In this document: positions 27,378 through 37,254 of the stretch, one piece after another
Layout: every line of letters begins with the position of its first letter
How positions within the stretch are numbered: the stretch's first letter is position 1
Origin: Candidatus Dojkabacteria bacterium
GTDB taxonomy: Bacteria > Patescibacteriota > Dojkabacteria > SC72 > JAFGCJ01
Direction of reading: 5' to 3'
NCBI GenBank assembly: GCA_016932785.1
Contig: JAFGCJ010000002.1
Location: 401,777-465,776 of the forward strand
DNA length: 64,000 nucleotides
Translations under genes and position numbers: made by a program
Notes under the pieces: generated by a model
Databases searched by the model: none
The model's input: the letters and a program-made list of their open reading frames with translations, nothing else
What the model was told of the DNA's origin: nothing

Positions 27378-28463
27378 CTAATTGCACTCATAGTTTGACC
27401 TTACCCATTCAATGATTTTTCTGGATTCTTCCCCTCTATCTTCCGCATTCAAAACAACCACAACGAAATCTCTCTTGTCATCAACATATGTGACTAAGCA
27501 AAGGCCAGCATTCAATGTATATCCAGTCTTTAATCCGATAACACCATCCACATTACCTAAGAGCGGATTGGTAGAGGCAAAGCTTTCAGTTCTTCCTGTT
27601 GACGTTGTAACCGAATAGCTCGATCTACCTGCGAAACCAGCAATCACAGGATTTCTCATGGCGACAATAGACAGAACTGCTATATCCATAGGTGTTGAAT
27701 ACTGATCGCTGCTATCAAGACCTATTACATTAACAACTGAAGTATCACTCAAACCAATAACACGAGACTTCTCCTGCATAGCCGTAAGAAAGCCGTGTTG
27801 ACCTCCTGGATAGTTCTGGGCAAGAACGTACATAGCATCATTTTTTGATCCAATTAGGGCTGCGCCCATAAGGTCCTCAACAGAAAGAGTCTCACCCACC
27901 CCCAGATCTAAACCATTACCTTGGGCATCTACAGATTCCTTCAGCGCCAGCTGCTGATCGAGATCATAATAATCTAATGCCACTAAGGACCCAAGAATTT
28001 TCACTATGCTGGCAAATGGTGCACTAGTACCAGAGTCCTTCTGCAATGCCACCTGAAAATCATCAGAATATACAACAACATAAGATTTAGCATTTATTTC
28101 AGGTTTCTCAGCATTGCTCCGACGACATCTTGAAACCGGATCAGCTACAGGAACATCTTGTGCTACATCTGCCGAGCTGCTATCAGAAAAGCGTGGGATT
28201 ATGTACTCCTGTCTTTCAGGCCTCGTTCGTAGCAAGAAGAAAGCTGTGGTGGTCAAGGCCACAAGCAGTACAGGTATCAGCCAAATGAGATATCGCCGTC
28301 CTGATACCTTCTTTGTCTCCGACTCTTCATTTTGATCCTCAACGGTACTTCCCAAACTTATTTCGCCAGCATCATCCGTCCCATCGACATTGTCTCCTTC
28401 TTCATTGAGCCTCTCGATCAGTTTCTTTTTATTATCCTTGTTGTAACGGTCTCTGTTTATCAT
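27378..28463 (-). CDS. D-alanyl-D-alanine carboxypeptidase (S11, PBP5-like)
   Basis: SxxK ASIVKIL, SxN GSKNDA and KTG LKTGYT, in order after an N-terminal TM helix. Start trimmed to the ATG at 28463. Confidence 0.8.
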   Translation of the reverse strand: MINRDRYNKDNKKKLIERLNEEGDNVDGTDDAGEISLGSTVEDQNEESETKKVSGRRYLIWLIPVLLVALTTTAFFLLRTRPERQEYIIPRFSDSSSADVAQDVPVADPVSRCRRSNAEKPEINAKSYVVVYSDDFQVALQKDSGTSAPFASIVKILGSLVALDYYDLDQQLALKESVDAQGNGLDLGVGETLSVEDLMGAALIGSKNDAMYVLAQNYPGGQHGFLTAMQEKSRVIGLSDTSVVNVIGLDSSDQYSTPMDIAVLSIVAMRNPVIAGFAGRSSYSVTTSTGRTESFASTNPLLGNVDGVIGLKTGYTLNAGLCLVTYVDDKRDFVVVVLNAEDRGEESRKIIEWVRSNYECN

Positions 28464-28464
28464 G

Positions 28465-30348
28465 CTATTTCTTGAAGTCAGCTTCACTTGAGGCAGGATT
28501 TGGCTCAGCAGCTTTTATTAAGTCACTAGCTTTCATCTTGATTGATCTATCCCTTCGGCCAGCATTGAATACAACCTCATCTTTTTTCCAAAATTCACGA
28601 TCCAGGTACATCTCAATTCCAAAGACCTTGCCAAACGGCGGAACTGCACCTACCTTTACCCCAAGCTTGTCCTCTACCTCTTCTGGGGACGCCATTTCAA
28701 CAGGCTCTCCCACAACATCTTTCACAGCCTTTATATTAACCTTCCTATCAGCCGGCACACACACCATTACCATACCACCTGACTTCTTCTTCATTACCAT
28801 AGCTTTAGGCGCCATATCCATAGAAGTACCCCTGACACGAGCTGCCTCTTCAGATGTCTTGACCTCTTTATGCTCAATTACCTCATAACGAACCTCTGCA
28901 GCATCAAGAATGGACTTAACTCTTTGAAATACAGCATCAACAGACTCCTTGACTAGTTTAATACCAAGTTCCTTAAGTAAATCTTTGGAGACCGGGCTTG
29001 GGGCATCCATAACTGAAGTCTTACCCGCCCCAGTCATAGGAAATGCGATTCCTTCCTTCAGGGAAGATTCTCCCGCGAGAATCATGATAAGACGATCAAT
29101 TCCAAGTGCTATTCCACCATGTGGTGGTGCACCTAATGAAAACGCTTCAAGCATATGTCCTATATTCTCTTCGATATCTTGTTCTGAGTAGCCCATTATC
29201 TCGTAAGTCGCTCTTAATACCTTAGGATCATGAGCCCTTATACTCCCGCCGCCAGATTCCAGGCCATTACACACCAGGTCATATTGGTATGCTTTAATCT
29301 CCGGAATATGCTCACCTTTCAGATGCCAATCAAGATGCTCCTCATGAGGCTGACTAAATGGGTTGTGCGTAAACACCCATCCGCTCCTGCCTTCTTCTAC
29401 CTCCGCAGCATCTTCTTTATCAACCTTCTTAAAAAACGGGAAATTGACAACCCAGGCAAACGCGAGTACATTTTCTTTTTTCTCTTTTTCAGTCCTTAGA
29501 TCAAATTTATCTGAGCCATACTCCTTCATAGCGTCCTCGTAGTTTATAACCGGGAATTTCTCATCTTTAAGATTGGCCCCGACAGACTTGACAGCATATT
29601 TGACAACATCCTCTACAACCCGCATGACATCTTCCTGGCTAACAAAACTCATCTCGAGGTCAAGCTGAGTAAACTCGAAACCTCTGTCCGAACGAAGATC
29701 CTCATCCCTAATACAACGTGCAACCTGAAAGTACTTCTCCATAGCGGCAACCATAAGGATCTGTTTATACTGCTGAGGACTCTGGGGAAGCGCATAGAAC
29801 TTACCCGGATTAAGTCTCGAAGGTACTATGAAGTTCCTCGCCCCCTCACTGGTTCCTTTAGTCAACATCGGCGTTTCAATCTCAAGAAAATCATACTCAA
29901 ACAGTTTTTCCCTCATTGCCTGCACAAGTTTTGACCTCATTTTCACAATCTTTTGTAATCGTTCTCTCCTCAAGTCAAGATATCTATACTTAAGTCTCAT
30001 TTCTTCATTTATGTCGTAGCCATCACCCTGAACTGGAATCGGTAACTCTAAAGCAAGATTGAGGACCTTCAGAGACTCTGCTTCTACCTCAACACCTCCA
30101 GTCGGTAGATCTTTATTTACACTTTCTTTTGGCCGTTCCTTAACCGTACCTATAATTTCAACTACAGACTCATCTGTTATCTTTTCTTTATTTCCAACCA
30201 CAACACACTGCACAACTCCACTAGTATCTCTCAGATCGATGAAAGATACCTTGCCATGATCACGAAAGGTATTAACCCATCCCTGAAGTTTTACTTTTTT
30301 CCCTACCTGCTTTACCGCATCTAAAATAAGGACTCTTTCATTCTCCAT
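28465..30348 (-). CDS. aspS: Aspartyl-tRNA synthetase (archaeal/eukaryal-length core) fused to a C-terminal YbaK/ProX-like aminoacyl-tRNA editing domain
   Basis: OB domain KLQGWVNTFRDHGKVSFIDLRD. Motif 2 CIRDEDLRSDRGFEFTQLDLEMSF. Motif 3 GGIALGIDRLIMILAG. Then 158 extra aa with YbaK-like KAMVMK...VCVPADRKVNIKAV...GVKVGAVPPFG. The ATG at 30348 is preferred because the listed TTG start at 30396 lies inside the leader terminator. Confidence 0.9.
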   Translation of the reverse strand: MENERVLILDAVKQVGKKVKLQGWVNTFRDHGKVSFIDLRDTSGVVQCVVVGNKEKITDESVVEIIGTVKERPKESVNKDLPTGGVEVEAESLKVLNLALELPIPVQGDGYDINEEMRLKYRYLDLRRERLQKIVKMRSKLVQAMREKLFEYDFLEIETPMLTKGTSEGARNFIVPSRLNPGKFYALPQSPQQYKQILMVAAMEKYFQVARCIRDEDLRSDRGFEFTQLDLEMSFVSQEDVMRVVEDVVKYAVKSVGANLKDEKFPVINYEDAMKEYGSDKFDLRTEKEKKENVLAFAWVVNFPFFKKVDKEDAAEVEEGRSGWVFTHNPFSQPHEEHLDWHLKGEHIPEIKAYQYDLVCNGLESGGGSIRAHDPKVLRATYEIMGYSEQDIEENIGHMLEAFSLGAPPHGGIALGIDRLIMILAGESSLKEGIAFPMTGAGKTSVMDAPSPVSKDLLKELGIKLVKESVDAVFQRVKSILDAAEVRYEVIEHKEVKTSEEAARVRGTSMDMAPKAMVMKKKSGGMVMVCVPADRKVNIKAVKDVVGEPVEMASPEEVEDKLGVKVGAVPPFGKVFGIEMYLDREFWKKDEVVFNAGRRDRSIKMKASDLIKAAEPNPASSEADFKK

Positions 30349-30367
30349 TTTATTAATACTTATAATT

Positions 30368-30546
30368 AAACTAAAATCGTCCTCTCTACCAACCAATATG
30401 ATTGATAAAAAGGACGATTCTGAATCGAAAAATTCTAAACCGTGGTGCCACCTCTATTTCTGACCACTAGGGTCGGACACTTTACAATATTAATATGATT
30501 CTATGTCACTCCATCTCGCAGGCTTTCAGCTACCCTGCTTGCTTTC
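30368..30546 (-). promoter_or_regulatory. T-box riboswitch leader (Asp GAC specifier) controlling aspS
   Basis: T-box motif AAATAGAGGTGGCACCACGG (30459..30440). Specifier GAC followed by A (30507..30504). Antiterminator: A1 AGAGG/CCTTT, 7-nt bulge TGGCACC, A2 ACGGT/ATCGT. Competing terminator AATCGTCCT/AGGACGATT followed by a T-rich tract. Confidence 0.75.
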
Positions 30547-30552
30547 AAAGTC

Positions 30553-30581
30553 ATTATACAGCAAATGTTAAACCTCAACAA
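30553..30581 (-). promoter_or_regulatory. Candidate sigma70-type promoter of the aspS T-box leader
   Basis: Minus strand reads TTGTTG, 17 nt, TATAAT, located just upstream of Stem I. Confidence 0.4.
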
Positions 30582-30603
30582 ATAAAAATGCAATAGAATC
30601 ATG

Positions 30604-32310
30604 TTATGTCAGAACCATATCTATAATTTTGAACTGTAAATATTCTTCTCCATTCCATACATTCGATTCAAGCGTACCCATAAGCTCAACAGTATCACCA
30701 GTTGAAATTTTATTAACCCAATCTCCTCCGCCAAAATAAATACACGAGAGAAATCCGGAATCCTCACCCTTCACCATTAATCTGAGATGCTTACCATCAC
30801 CAACGTCACTGAACTCAGCAACGACGGCATCCTTTACCCAGAAAACAGGTCGCCTGTTTCCATATCCAAAGGGTGCAAGCTTCTTAATAATACTATACGT
30901 TTCCCAATTCATATCACTGATATTAACAACTGCATCGGCACTCACCTCCTTGACAAAATTCTCCTGTTTAAGCTGGCTTTCAGCGACCTTCTCAAGCCTA
31001 TCCTTCAATTCCTCAATGTTATCAGTATTCACAGTAAAGCCTGCTGCCAAGGAATGCCCTCCGAAACTCTCTAAAAGGCTGGACTCCTTCTCAATGGCCT
31101 CAATTATATTGAAACCGTTAATACTTCTTGCCGAGCCTCTAGCCGTCTTTTGAGTTTGTGTAACAACAATGACAGGCCTATTAACCTCTTCCTGAATTTT
31201 ACCTGCAACAAGCCCTATAATCCCCTCGGGCCAATCATTACCATACGCAAAGTACAGGTGTTTACCTGAACCTTCACGTTCAATAACCTCCCTTACCTCA
31301 TTCAGAATTGTCTCGGTTATCTCCTGACGTTCCTTGTTCCACATACCCAGCTTATCAGCTAGAAACTTGGCAGAGCTATCCCGAGATGTTGTAAGCAAAC
31401 GTAGGGCATCTGTAGCATCACCAATCCTTCCTGCAGCATTTATTCTTGGACCAATCACATATCCCAAGTGGTAGGTGTTAAGATCAGCTAAAGAAACCTT
31501 TGCCTCCTCAGCAAGAGCTTTGATACCAGGTCGATCTGAATTTCTTAGTAATCTAAGGCCTTGCTTTACAATAATTCTATTCTCATCTGTTATCGGCATA
31601 ATATCGGCAACCGTAGATAAAGCCACAAGATCAAGACCAGGCACCTTGTCCCAGAAGTAACTATCTGGAAACCTCTTTTTTTCCATGGCAGCAACAAGTT
31701 TCCACGCAACGGCAGCTCCCGAAAGATATCCAAATGGATATTTACCTTTGGGATGTAATGGATGTACGATAGTAGTATATCTTGGGAGCTTCTCACCGAT
31801 CTTATGATGATCAGTTACAATAAAATCTATACCCTCCTTATTCTTATATGTCTTTCTATGCTTTTCTATCAATTCCACATCTCTGATTCCACAATCCACA
31901 GTTATGATCATTTCCCCACCCTTCTTGATAATGGCGTTTATGCTTGACTCTGAAAGTCCATACCCTTCATCCACCCGTGAAGGAATATACGGAAGAACAT
32001 CTGCTTTCCTCTTCCTAAAGAGATAGTCCCACAACACAGCAGTTGCACAAATACCGTCAGCATCAAAGTCGCCATGAATAAAAATTCTGTTTCCCAAAGC
32101 AATAGCTTTCTCAATCTTGCTCACAGCTTTTTCAACATCATAGAGAAGAAAGGGATCGATTAAATCATCGAGCTTGGGATCCAGAAATTTCTCAGCCTCA
32201 ACTTTACTTCTGATACCCCTGAAATAAAGAATCTTTCTTAACAAAGGATTAAAATCCTTCAACTCGACATCAATCTCGTCTGGAATTTCTTTTGGTTCGA
32301 TCCACCGCAT
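30604..32310 (-). CDS. recJ: Single-stranded-DNA-specific exonuclease RecJ
   Basis: DHH motifs IHGDFDADGICA, VDCG, VTDHH. DHHA1 GGHSLAAG. C-terminal OB-like domain. Confidence 0.9.
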   Translation of the reverse strand: MRWIEPKEIPDEIDVELKDFNPLLRKILYFRGIRSKVEAEKFLDPKLDDLIDPFLLYDVEKAVSKIEKAIALGNRIFIHGDFDADGICATAVLWDYLFRKRKADVLPYIPSRVDEGYGLSESSINAIIKKGGEMIITVDCGIRDVELIEKHRKTYKNKEGIDFIVTDHHKIGEKLPRYTTIVHPLHPKGKYPFGYLSGAAVAWKLVAAMEKKRFPDSYFWDKVPGLDLVALSTVADIMPITDENRIIVKQGLRLLRNSDRPGIKALAEEAKVSLADLNTYHLGYVIGPRINAAGRIGDATDALRLLTTSRDSSAKFLADKLGMWNKERQEITETILNEVREVIEREGSGKHLYFAYGNDWPEGIIGLVAGKIQEEVNRPVIVVTQTQKTARGSARSINGFNIIEAIEKESSLLESFGGHSLAAGFTVNTDNIEELKDRLEKVAESQLKQENFVKEVSADAVVNISDMNWETYSIIKKLAPFGYGNRRPVFWVKDAVVAEFSDVGDGKHLRLMVKGEDSGFLSCIYFGGGDWVNKISTGDTVELMGTLESNVWNGEEYLQFKIIDMVLT

Positions 32311-32328
32311 AAGATCTGTACAACAATT

Positions 32329-32985
32329 TTATTCTAGCCCGCAGTCATTGACCACAATCTCTATTATATCCCATGAGAATCCCTTTGACTGAAGTCGAGC
32401 GATGATCTTCTTTCTTTCAATATTTCGCCCTTTGAGTATTTTTTCAGCAACTCTCCGCGCCATATCCAACTCTTTCTCCTTTGACACTTGAAGTTCATTC
32501 AGTAATTCTCTTGAGACACCCTTCTTTATCAGTTCCTGACTAATCAACATCCATCCCCGAGGTTTCGAATTGAATCTACTTTTTATCCACCACTGAGCAA
32601 AGTCAAAATCTGATACAAGCTTTTGTGCAATAAGCTTACCAAGTACTTCCGTTTGGATCTCTGCCTCAAGCTCAGCTGAGTCATCTTCAAAACTAGTTTT
32701 TTTAAACCATTTTGACCTGTTCTTATAAAATAAATCACGAATATACCTTGAAATCTCTTTTTCGGAATGAGGTCTTCTTGAAATCTTACCTATGCAGCGA
32801 TCATAAACCCTAAAGAATATCTCGTCTCTGGCAACCTTCTCCAATAAATCGGACGTTACATCTTTTCCAGAATAGAAACCGCTCCTAGAAAGAGAAACCT
32901 CAGATAAACCGAACCAAAACTCACCATCAACCTCAACATTGTACCGACCTGATTTCTTTTGCGCAGATATTCTCGTTACCTTCAA
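32329..32985 (-). CDS. recX: Regulatory protein RecX
   Basis: About 218 aa helical-repeat protein. The FGLSEVSLSRSGFYSGKDV N-terminus and repeated basic helices resemble RecX. Lies in the recA neighbourhood. Confidence 0.7.
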   Translation of the reverse strand: MKVTRISAQKKSGRYNVEVDGEFWFGLSEVSLSRSGFYSGKDVTSDLLEKVARDEIFFRVYDRCIGKISRRPHSEKEISRYIRDLFYKNRSKWFKKTSFEDDSAELEAEIQTEVLGKLIAQKLVSDFDFAQWWIKSRFNSKPRGWMLISQELIKKGVSRELLNELQVSKEKELDMARRVAEKILKGRNIERKKIIARLQSKGFSWDIIEIVVNDCGLE

Positions 32986-32991
32986 AAAGTT

Positions 32992-34020
32992 TTACATATC
33001 TAACAGATAATAAATACCCAAACCATAACTGTTCTGCTCAGGAAGAACATTTAATCTATCAAGAACAGAGCTTTGATAGTCATAAAGACTAGCCCAGAAA
33101 CCTCCAGAAGTGTATTCCACAATGGTCAGGTTTTTCTTCCCTACAAGCTCCTCCATAACCTCAACAGAATCTGTAAAATCACCAACATCGTCGACCAGAC
33201 CATTCTCTTTGGCCTGTTGACCTGTGTAAACGCGGCCGTCAGCCAGAGTTTCTACCTGTGATCGGTCCATTCCTCGCCCCTCAACTATTGAGTCCACAAA
33301 AGAATTATATGCCTCATCAACAATATCTTGATATATTACATCTGCCTCTCCATTCGGATCTTCGTCAAAAATTCCTGAATCATCTTTGAACTCACCAGAT
33401 TTAAAAGTCCGGTACTCTATTCCAATCTTTTCGTATAGCTCATCAAGATTTGACACCTGAAGGACAGTGCCTATGCTTCCCGTTATGGTTGAAGGATGAG
33501 CGACTATCTTATCAGAACCTGCCGCTATGAGATAACCCCCTGAAGCTCCCATTCCCGACATCCATGTAACAACCTTCTTCTTCTTCCTAAAGTCCAAAAG
33601 CTCTCTGTATATAAGGTCGCTAGCAACAACTTCTCCACCCGGAGTATTCATTTTAATAATGATACCCTTAACCTGACTGTCTGACTCAGCACGATCTATC
33701 TGGTCAATAATTTCAGCAGAAGAAGCTCCTCCCGCAGAGAATATATCACCGCTGCTCTCCTCTACAATGACACCCTGAACATCAATCACTACTATCTTTC
33801 CGCCAGAGCCCTCCTCTATTACTTTTTCATCTACGGAGGTCTCAAGATCTGAACCCAAGGCAGCAACAACAGCAATAAGACCAACTATTCCACCGACAAC
33901 AAGAACAAAAACAGCACACCCAATACCCGCAAGTATCCAACACCCTCTATTGGACTTCCCTTCAGGAGCCTGATTTAAGTTTTGGGACTCAGAAGACACT
34001 ACTTTAGAAGATTTAGGCAT
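32992..34020 (-). CDS. sppA: Signal peptide peptidase SppA (36K type, S49)
   Basis: N-terminal TM helix, INTPGGEV and GMGASGGYLIAAGSD (catalytic Ser region). Confidence 0.85.
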   Translation of the reverse strand: MPKSSKVVSSESQNLNQAPEGKSNRGCWILAGIGCAVFVLVVGGIVGLIAVVAALGSDLETSVDEKVIEEGSGGKIVVIDVQGVIVEESSGDIFSAGGASSAEIIDQIDRAESDSQVKGIIIKMNTPGGEVVASDLIYRELLDFRKKKKVVTWMSGMGASGGYLIAAGSDKIVAHPSTITGSIGTVLQVSNLDELYEKIGIEYRTFKSGEFKDDSGIFDEDPNGEADVIYQDIVDEAYNSFVDSIVEGRGMDRSQVETLADGRVYTGQQAKENGLVDDVGDFTDSVEVMEELVGKKNLTIVEYTSGGFWASLYDYQSSVLDRLNVLPEQNSYGLGIYYLLDM

Positions 34021-34124
34021 AACATAAATTTTACAATTAATAGTATCTGGAATGTACCTCAGATTGAAGAAGCTTTCAAGCGAAGAGCCTGTTTCTTGAT
34101 AACGTCAAATCGATATATATTAAC

Positions 34125-35171
34125 CTACTTGCCGGATTTTCTGACTTTGTTTTCGATCTCTTTCGCAAGCTTTTTATCATCTTTCAGAATCTGAATTGCT
34201 GATTCTCGACCCTGCGCGAGCTGCTTATCTCCATATTTAATCCATGCTCCACTCTTCTCAAGGACAGCATACTGAATAGCAGCGTCAAGAATACTACTCT
34301 CTCTATCTATTCCTTCAGGATAAATTATGTTGAAGGTAGCCTCTCGGAAGGGCGGTGCTACTTTATTCTTAACAACTTTTACCTTTCTTACATGTCCAAT
34401 TAGCTCGTCTCCATTCATAATTTTCTCCTTCTGTCTTATATCCATCCGCACTGACGAATAGAATTTCAACGCTCGGCCACCAGTAGTTGTCTCAGGGTTT
34501 CCAAACATAACCCCAATCTTCATACGAATCTGGTTTAAGAAGATAACTGTAGTATTCGTCTTACCACTAATCGCAGTAATTTTTCTTAGTGCCTGAGACA
34601 TCAATCGGGCATGAAGCCCCATATGACTATCCCCCATTTCTCCCTCTATCTCAGCCCTCGGAGTAAGCGCAGCTACTGAGTCTACAACGATAACATCTAT
34701 TCCCCCCGACCTAACAAGAGTTTCAAGTATCTCCAAGGCCTGTTCCCCAAAGTCTGGTTGAGAAACAAATAATTCCTCGAGATTTACCCCAATGTTACGA
34801 GCATAATCCGGCAATAAGGCATGCTCGGCATCAATAAATGCCGCTTTCCCTCCCTTTGCCTGGGCTTCTGCTATTATATGAAGTGCAAGCGTGGTTTTAC
34901 CGGAAGATTCAGGGCCAAAGATCTCAATAATTCTTCCCTTAGGTACTCCCCCAACTCCCAATGCCATATCAAGAGACAATGCACCAGTAGGAATAACCTC
35001 AACATCAACACGCTTGTTCCCGCCCAAACGCATAATGGAACCCTTACCAAACTGTCGTTCAATTTGCTCTATTGCGGTTTTCACAGCCTGGTCACGATTC
35101 GATTTGTCAGATTCAGATTTTAAGTCATCTGAAGATTTCTTTTTTCTCGGTGTCATATAAACAATATTCAA
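34125..35171 (-). CDS. recA: Recombinase RecA
   Basis: [41 protein letters not shown] and VVDSVAAL. The start may be the ATG at 35156. Confidence 0.95.
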   Translation of the reverse strand: MNIVYMTPRKKKSSDDLKSESDKSNRDQAVKTAIEQIERQFGKGSIMRLGGNKRVDVEVIPTGALSLDMALGVGGVPKGRIIEIFGPESSGKTTLALHIIAEAQAKGGKAAFIDAEHALLPDYARNIGVNLEELFVSQPDFGEQALEILETLVRSGGIDVIVVDSVAALTPRAEIEGEMGDSHMGLHARLMSQALRKITAISGKTNTTVIFLNQIRMKIGVMFGNPETTTGGRALKFYSSVRMDIRQKEKIMNGDELIGHVRKVKVVKNKVAPPFREATFNIIYPEGIDRESSILDAAIQYAVLEKSGAWIKYGDKQLAQGRESAIQILKDDKKLAKEIENKVRKSGK

Positions 35172-35294
35172 TTTATTTCAGCAAGAAAAGTCTAGCAAAA
35201 TATTTGATTTTGTCAAAAAGCTAAAGGTAAAATAATGAAATTTTCATTAAATTGCTATAAAATGGCATTATAGCTAATTTCTATTTTAGATATC

Positions 35295-35702
35295 ATGAGC
35301 CGAATAAACACCGAAGTTAAGATAGAGAAACGCTCCACAATACCAAATGGAGCAAAGAATGCAGTTAAAGGATTCGCAGACTTTATGAATAAGTACTCAA
35401 TCCTAACAATGGCTATAGGCGTGATAATAGGTCAGACAACCAAAGATACCGTGAATGTACTAGTCTCAGGAATTATTACACCAGCACTACAGCTTCTTAC
35501 TCCAAATACTGAACTTCAAGACCTTGTTATAAAGGCAGGAAAAGCCGAATTCAAAATTGGTTTGTTTATAAATAGCTTCATCGAAATGCTTATAATAATG
35601 TTGTTACTTTACATAGTTATTGCAGTTATATTTAGAAGAAAGGATTTACTGGAAAAAAAGAAGACCTCGAAAGTTAGCTCAAAGAAAACTAAGAAAAAGT
35701 GA
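35295..35702 (+). CDS. mscL: Large-conductance mechanosensitive channel
   Basis: FADFMNKYSILTMAIGVIIGQTTKDTVNVLVSGIITP and a second TM helix plus a basic C-terminal tail. Confidence 0.85.
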   Translation: MSRINTEVKIEKRSTIPNGAKNAVKGFADFMNKYSILTMAIGVIIGQTTKDTVNVLVSGIITPALQLLTPNTELQDLVIKAGKAEFKIGLFINSFIEMLIIMLLLYIVIAVIFRRKDLLEKKKTSKVSSKKTKKK

Positions 35703-36874
35703 CAAAAAGAAAATCCAGAAAGAAAACAAAGAAAAAAATTCCCAAGATTAACAAGGTTACAAAAGTCATAAAGGTTAACCCAATAGTCTCTATCTTTATA
35801 GTAATGCCTTTAATATTGCTGACCCCCTATTTCTTAATTTCGGGTCTACCCGAGTATTCAGAGCTCACAAACAAGCAGTCTATTGTCTCACAAAGAATCG
35901 ACGATTACAGCAATGGAGGATGGAATACAGAGGAAATCGAGAAGGAATATGATAAATACTACTTTGAAAATGACAGCTATAACTACCTAGTAAACAAATT
36001 CTTTCCTAATAAGTTACAAGAAATTGAAAACAAACTCGAATTCTCGATCGATACTCAAACAACGGAAATATACGAAGAAAAAGCTGAGATCGTTAAGGAA
36101 TCATCAAATCTATACATGGACGAGATATCTCAGGATACACATATTCTAGAAGAATTACTCGACATTGTGGATGAGGGGGTAACGACTGAAAACTATATTC
36201 TTGCCAATTGGGCCTTGGATCAAGCAAGAAAGGAATCTATATATTTATCAGAGCTTCAGGACGAGGACATTGAACAATCACTTGCTCGGAAAGTTAGTAC
36301 TATAGAAAGCATGAAATTTATAGGCCTGTACTACGGTCTTGATTTCTCAAACGAAGTAGCTGAATCAAAGGAAATAGCACAGACAGATGATGCTCCACTC
36401 GAAAAGTTTCTTAAGCTAGACAACATCAAAGAAGAAGCAGCTCAGAAACTGAATCAGAAAATCATTGCCCGAGGCGGAAAGGTACCCACTTATAAATGGA
36501 TATTCATTTCGATTGGACGTCAAAGACTGTATATGATCGAAGACTACAACATAATATATGATATGCCTGCTTCAACAGGAATACATGGACACGGTACTGC
36601 TGTTGGTGAATTTCAGGTCTACGAAAAAGTGGACATGGCCTGGGGATACTATGAGATCTGGATGCCGTACTGGCTCACGGTATACTACTCTGGGGGTCTA
36701 GAAAATGGGATACACGGAATACCCATTTCACCAGTTTCAGGAAGATGGAATCACTGGGAATCTGTAGTGGGAGTACGACCAATAACCTATGGTTGCATTA
36801 TGCCACTTGATAATGACGCAAAAAAAGTATACGAATGGGCTGAAGTAGGAACAACAGTAAGTATCCACTATTAG
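35699..36874 (+). CDS. L,D-transpeptidase (YkuD) domain protein
   Basis: GTG start overlapping the mscL stop. TM anchor. C-terminal ISIGRQRLYMIED...IHGIP...TYGCIMPLDNDAKKVYEW (catalytic His/Cys). Confidence 0.75.
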   Translation: MTKRKSRKKTKKKIPKINKVTKVIKVNPIVSIFIVMPLILLTPYFLISGLPEYSELTNKQSIVSQRIDDYSNGGWNTEEIEKEYDKYYFENDSYNYLVNKFFPNKLQEIENKLEFSIDTQTTEIYEEKAEIVKESSNLYMDEISQDTHILEELLDIVDEGVTTENYILANWALDQARKESIYLSELQDEDIEQSLARKVSTIESMKFIGLYYGLDFSNEVAESKEIAQTDDAPLEKFLKLDNIKEEAAQKLNQKIIARGGKVPTYKWIFISIGRQRLYMIEDYNIIYDMPASTGIHGHGTAVGEFQVYEKVDMAWGYYEIWMPYWLTVYYSGGLENGIHGIPISPVSGRWNHWESVVGVRPITYGCIMPLDNDAKKVYEWAEVGTTVSIHY

Positions 36875-36907
36875 CTTATATATGGAAAACCCTGACTGTT
36901 CGATTAA

Positions 36908-37204
36908 CTATTTTGAACGAGGAATTTTCTTATACACCATAAAGTAGTATATTATTCCCCCTATCCATCCCGTCAAAACAACTATCAGAAGCCAGATCAT
37001 CCTGTCATTCTCTGTACCGTTAGGAAACTCCTCCGGTTTACGCTGAACAGCATCAATTATCATGACTATCCATAAAACCAAGCCCACTATTATAAGAGCC
37101 CACATCGCTATCATCGCAACAACATACATCCCCATAAAACCAGCATAAACTCCAAAGAAACTCATGGGACAACATAAATCAGCAAAAGATGACGAATTCT
37201 GCAT
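36908..37204 (-). CDS. PLD_N-type small membrane protein
   Basis: Two TM helices with IIDAVQRKPEEF...MIWLLIVVLTGWIGGIIYYF, characteristic of the phospholipase_D-nuclease N-terminal family. Confidence 0.6.
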   Translation of the reverse strand: MQNSSSFADLCCPMSFFGVYAGFMGMYVVAMIAMWALIIVGLVLWIVMIIDAVQRKPEEFPNGTENDRMIWLLIVVLTGWIGGIIYYFMVYKKIPRSK

Positions 37205-37254
37205 TTTCTTAGTAGTAAAATTAGATCTGGTTAGTAATACTAAAATATGCCAAG

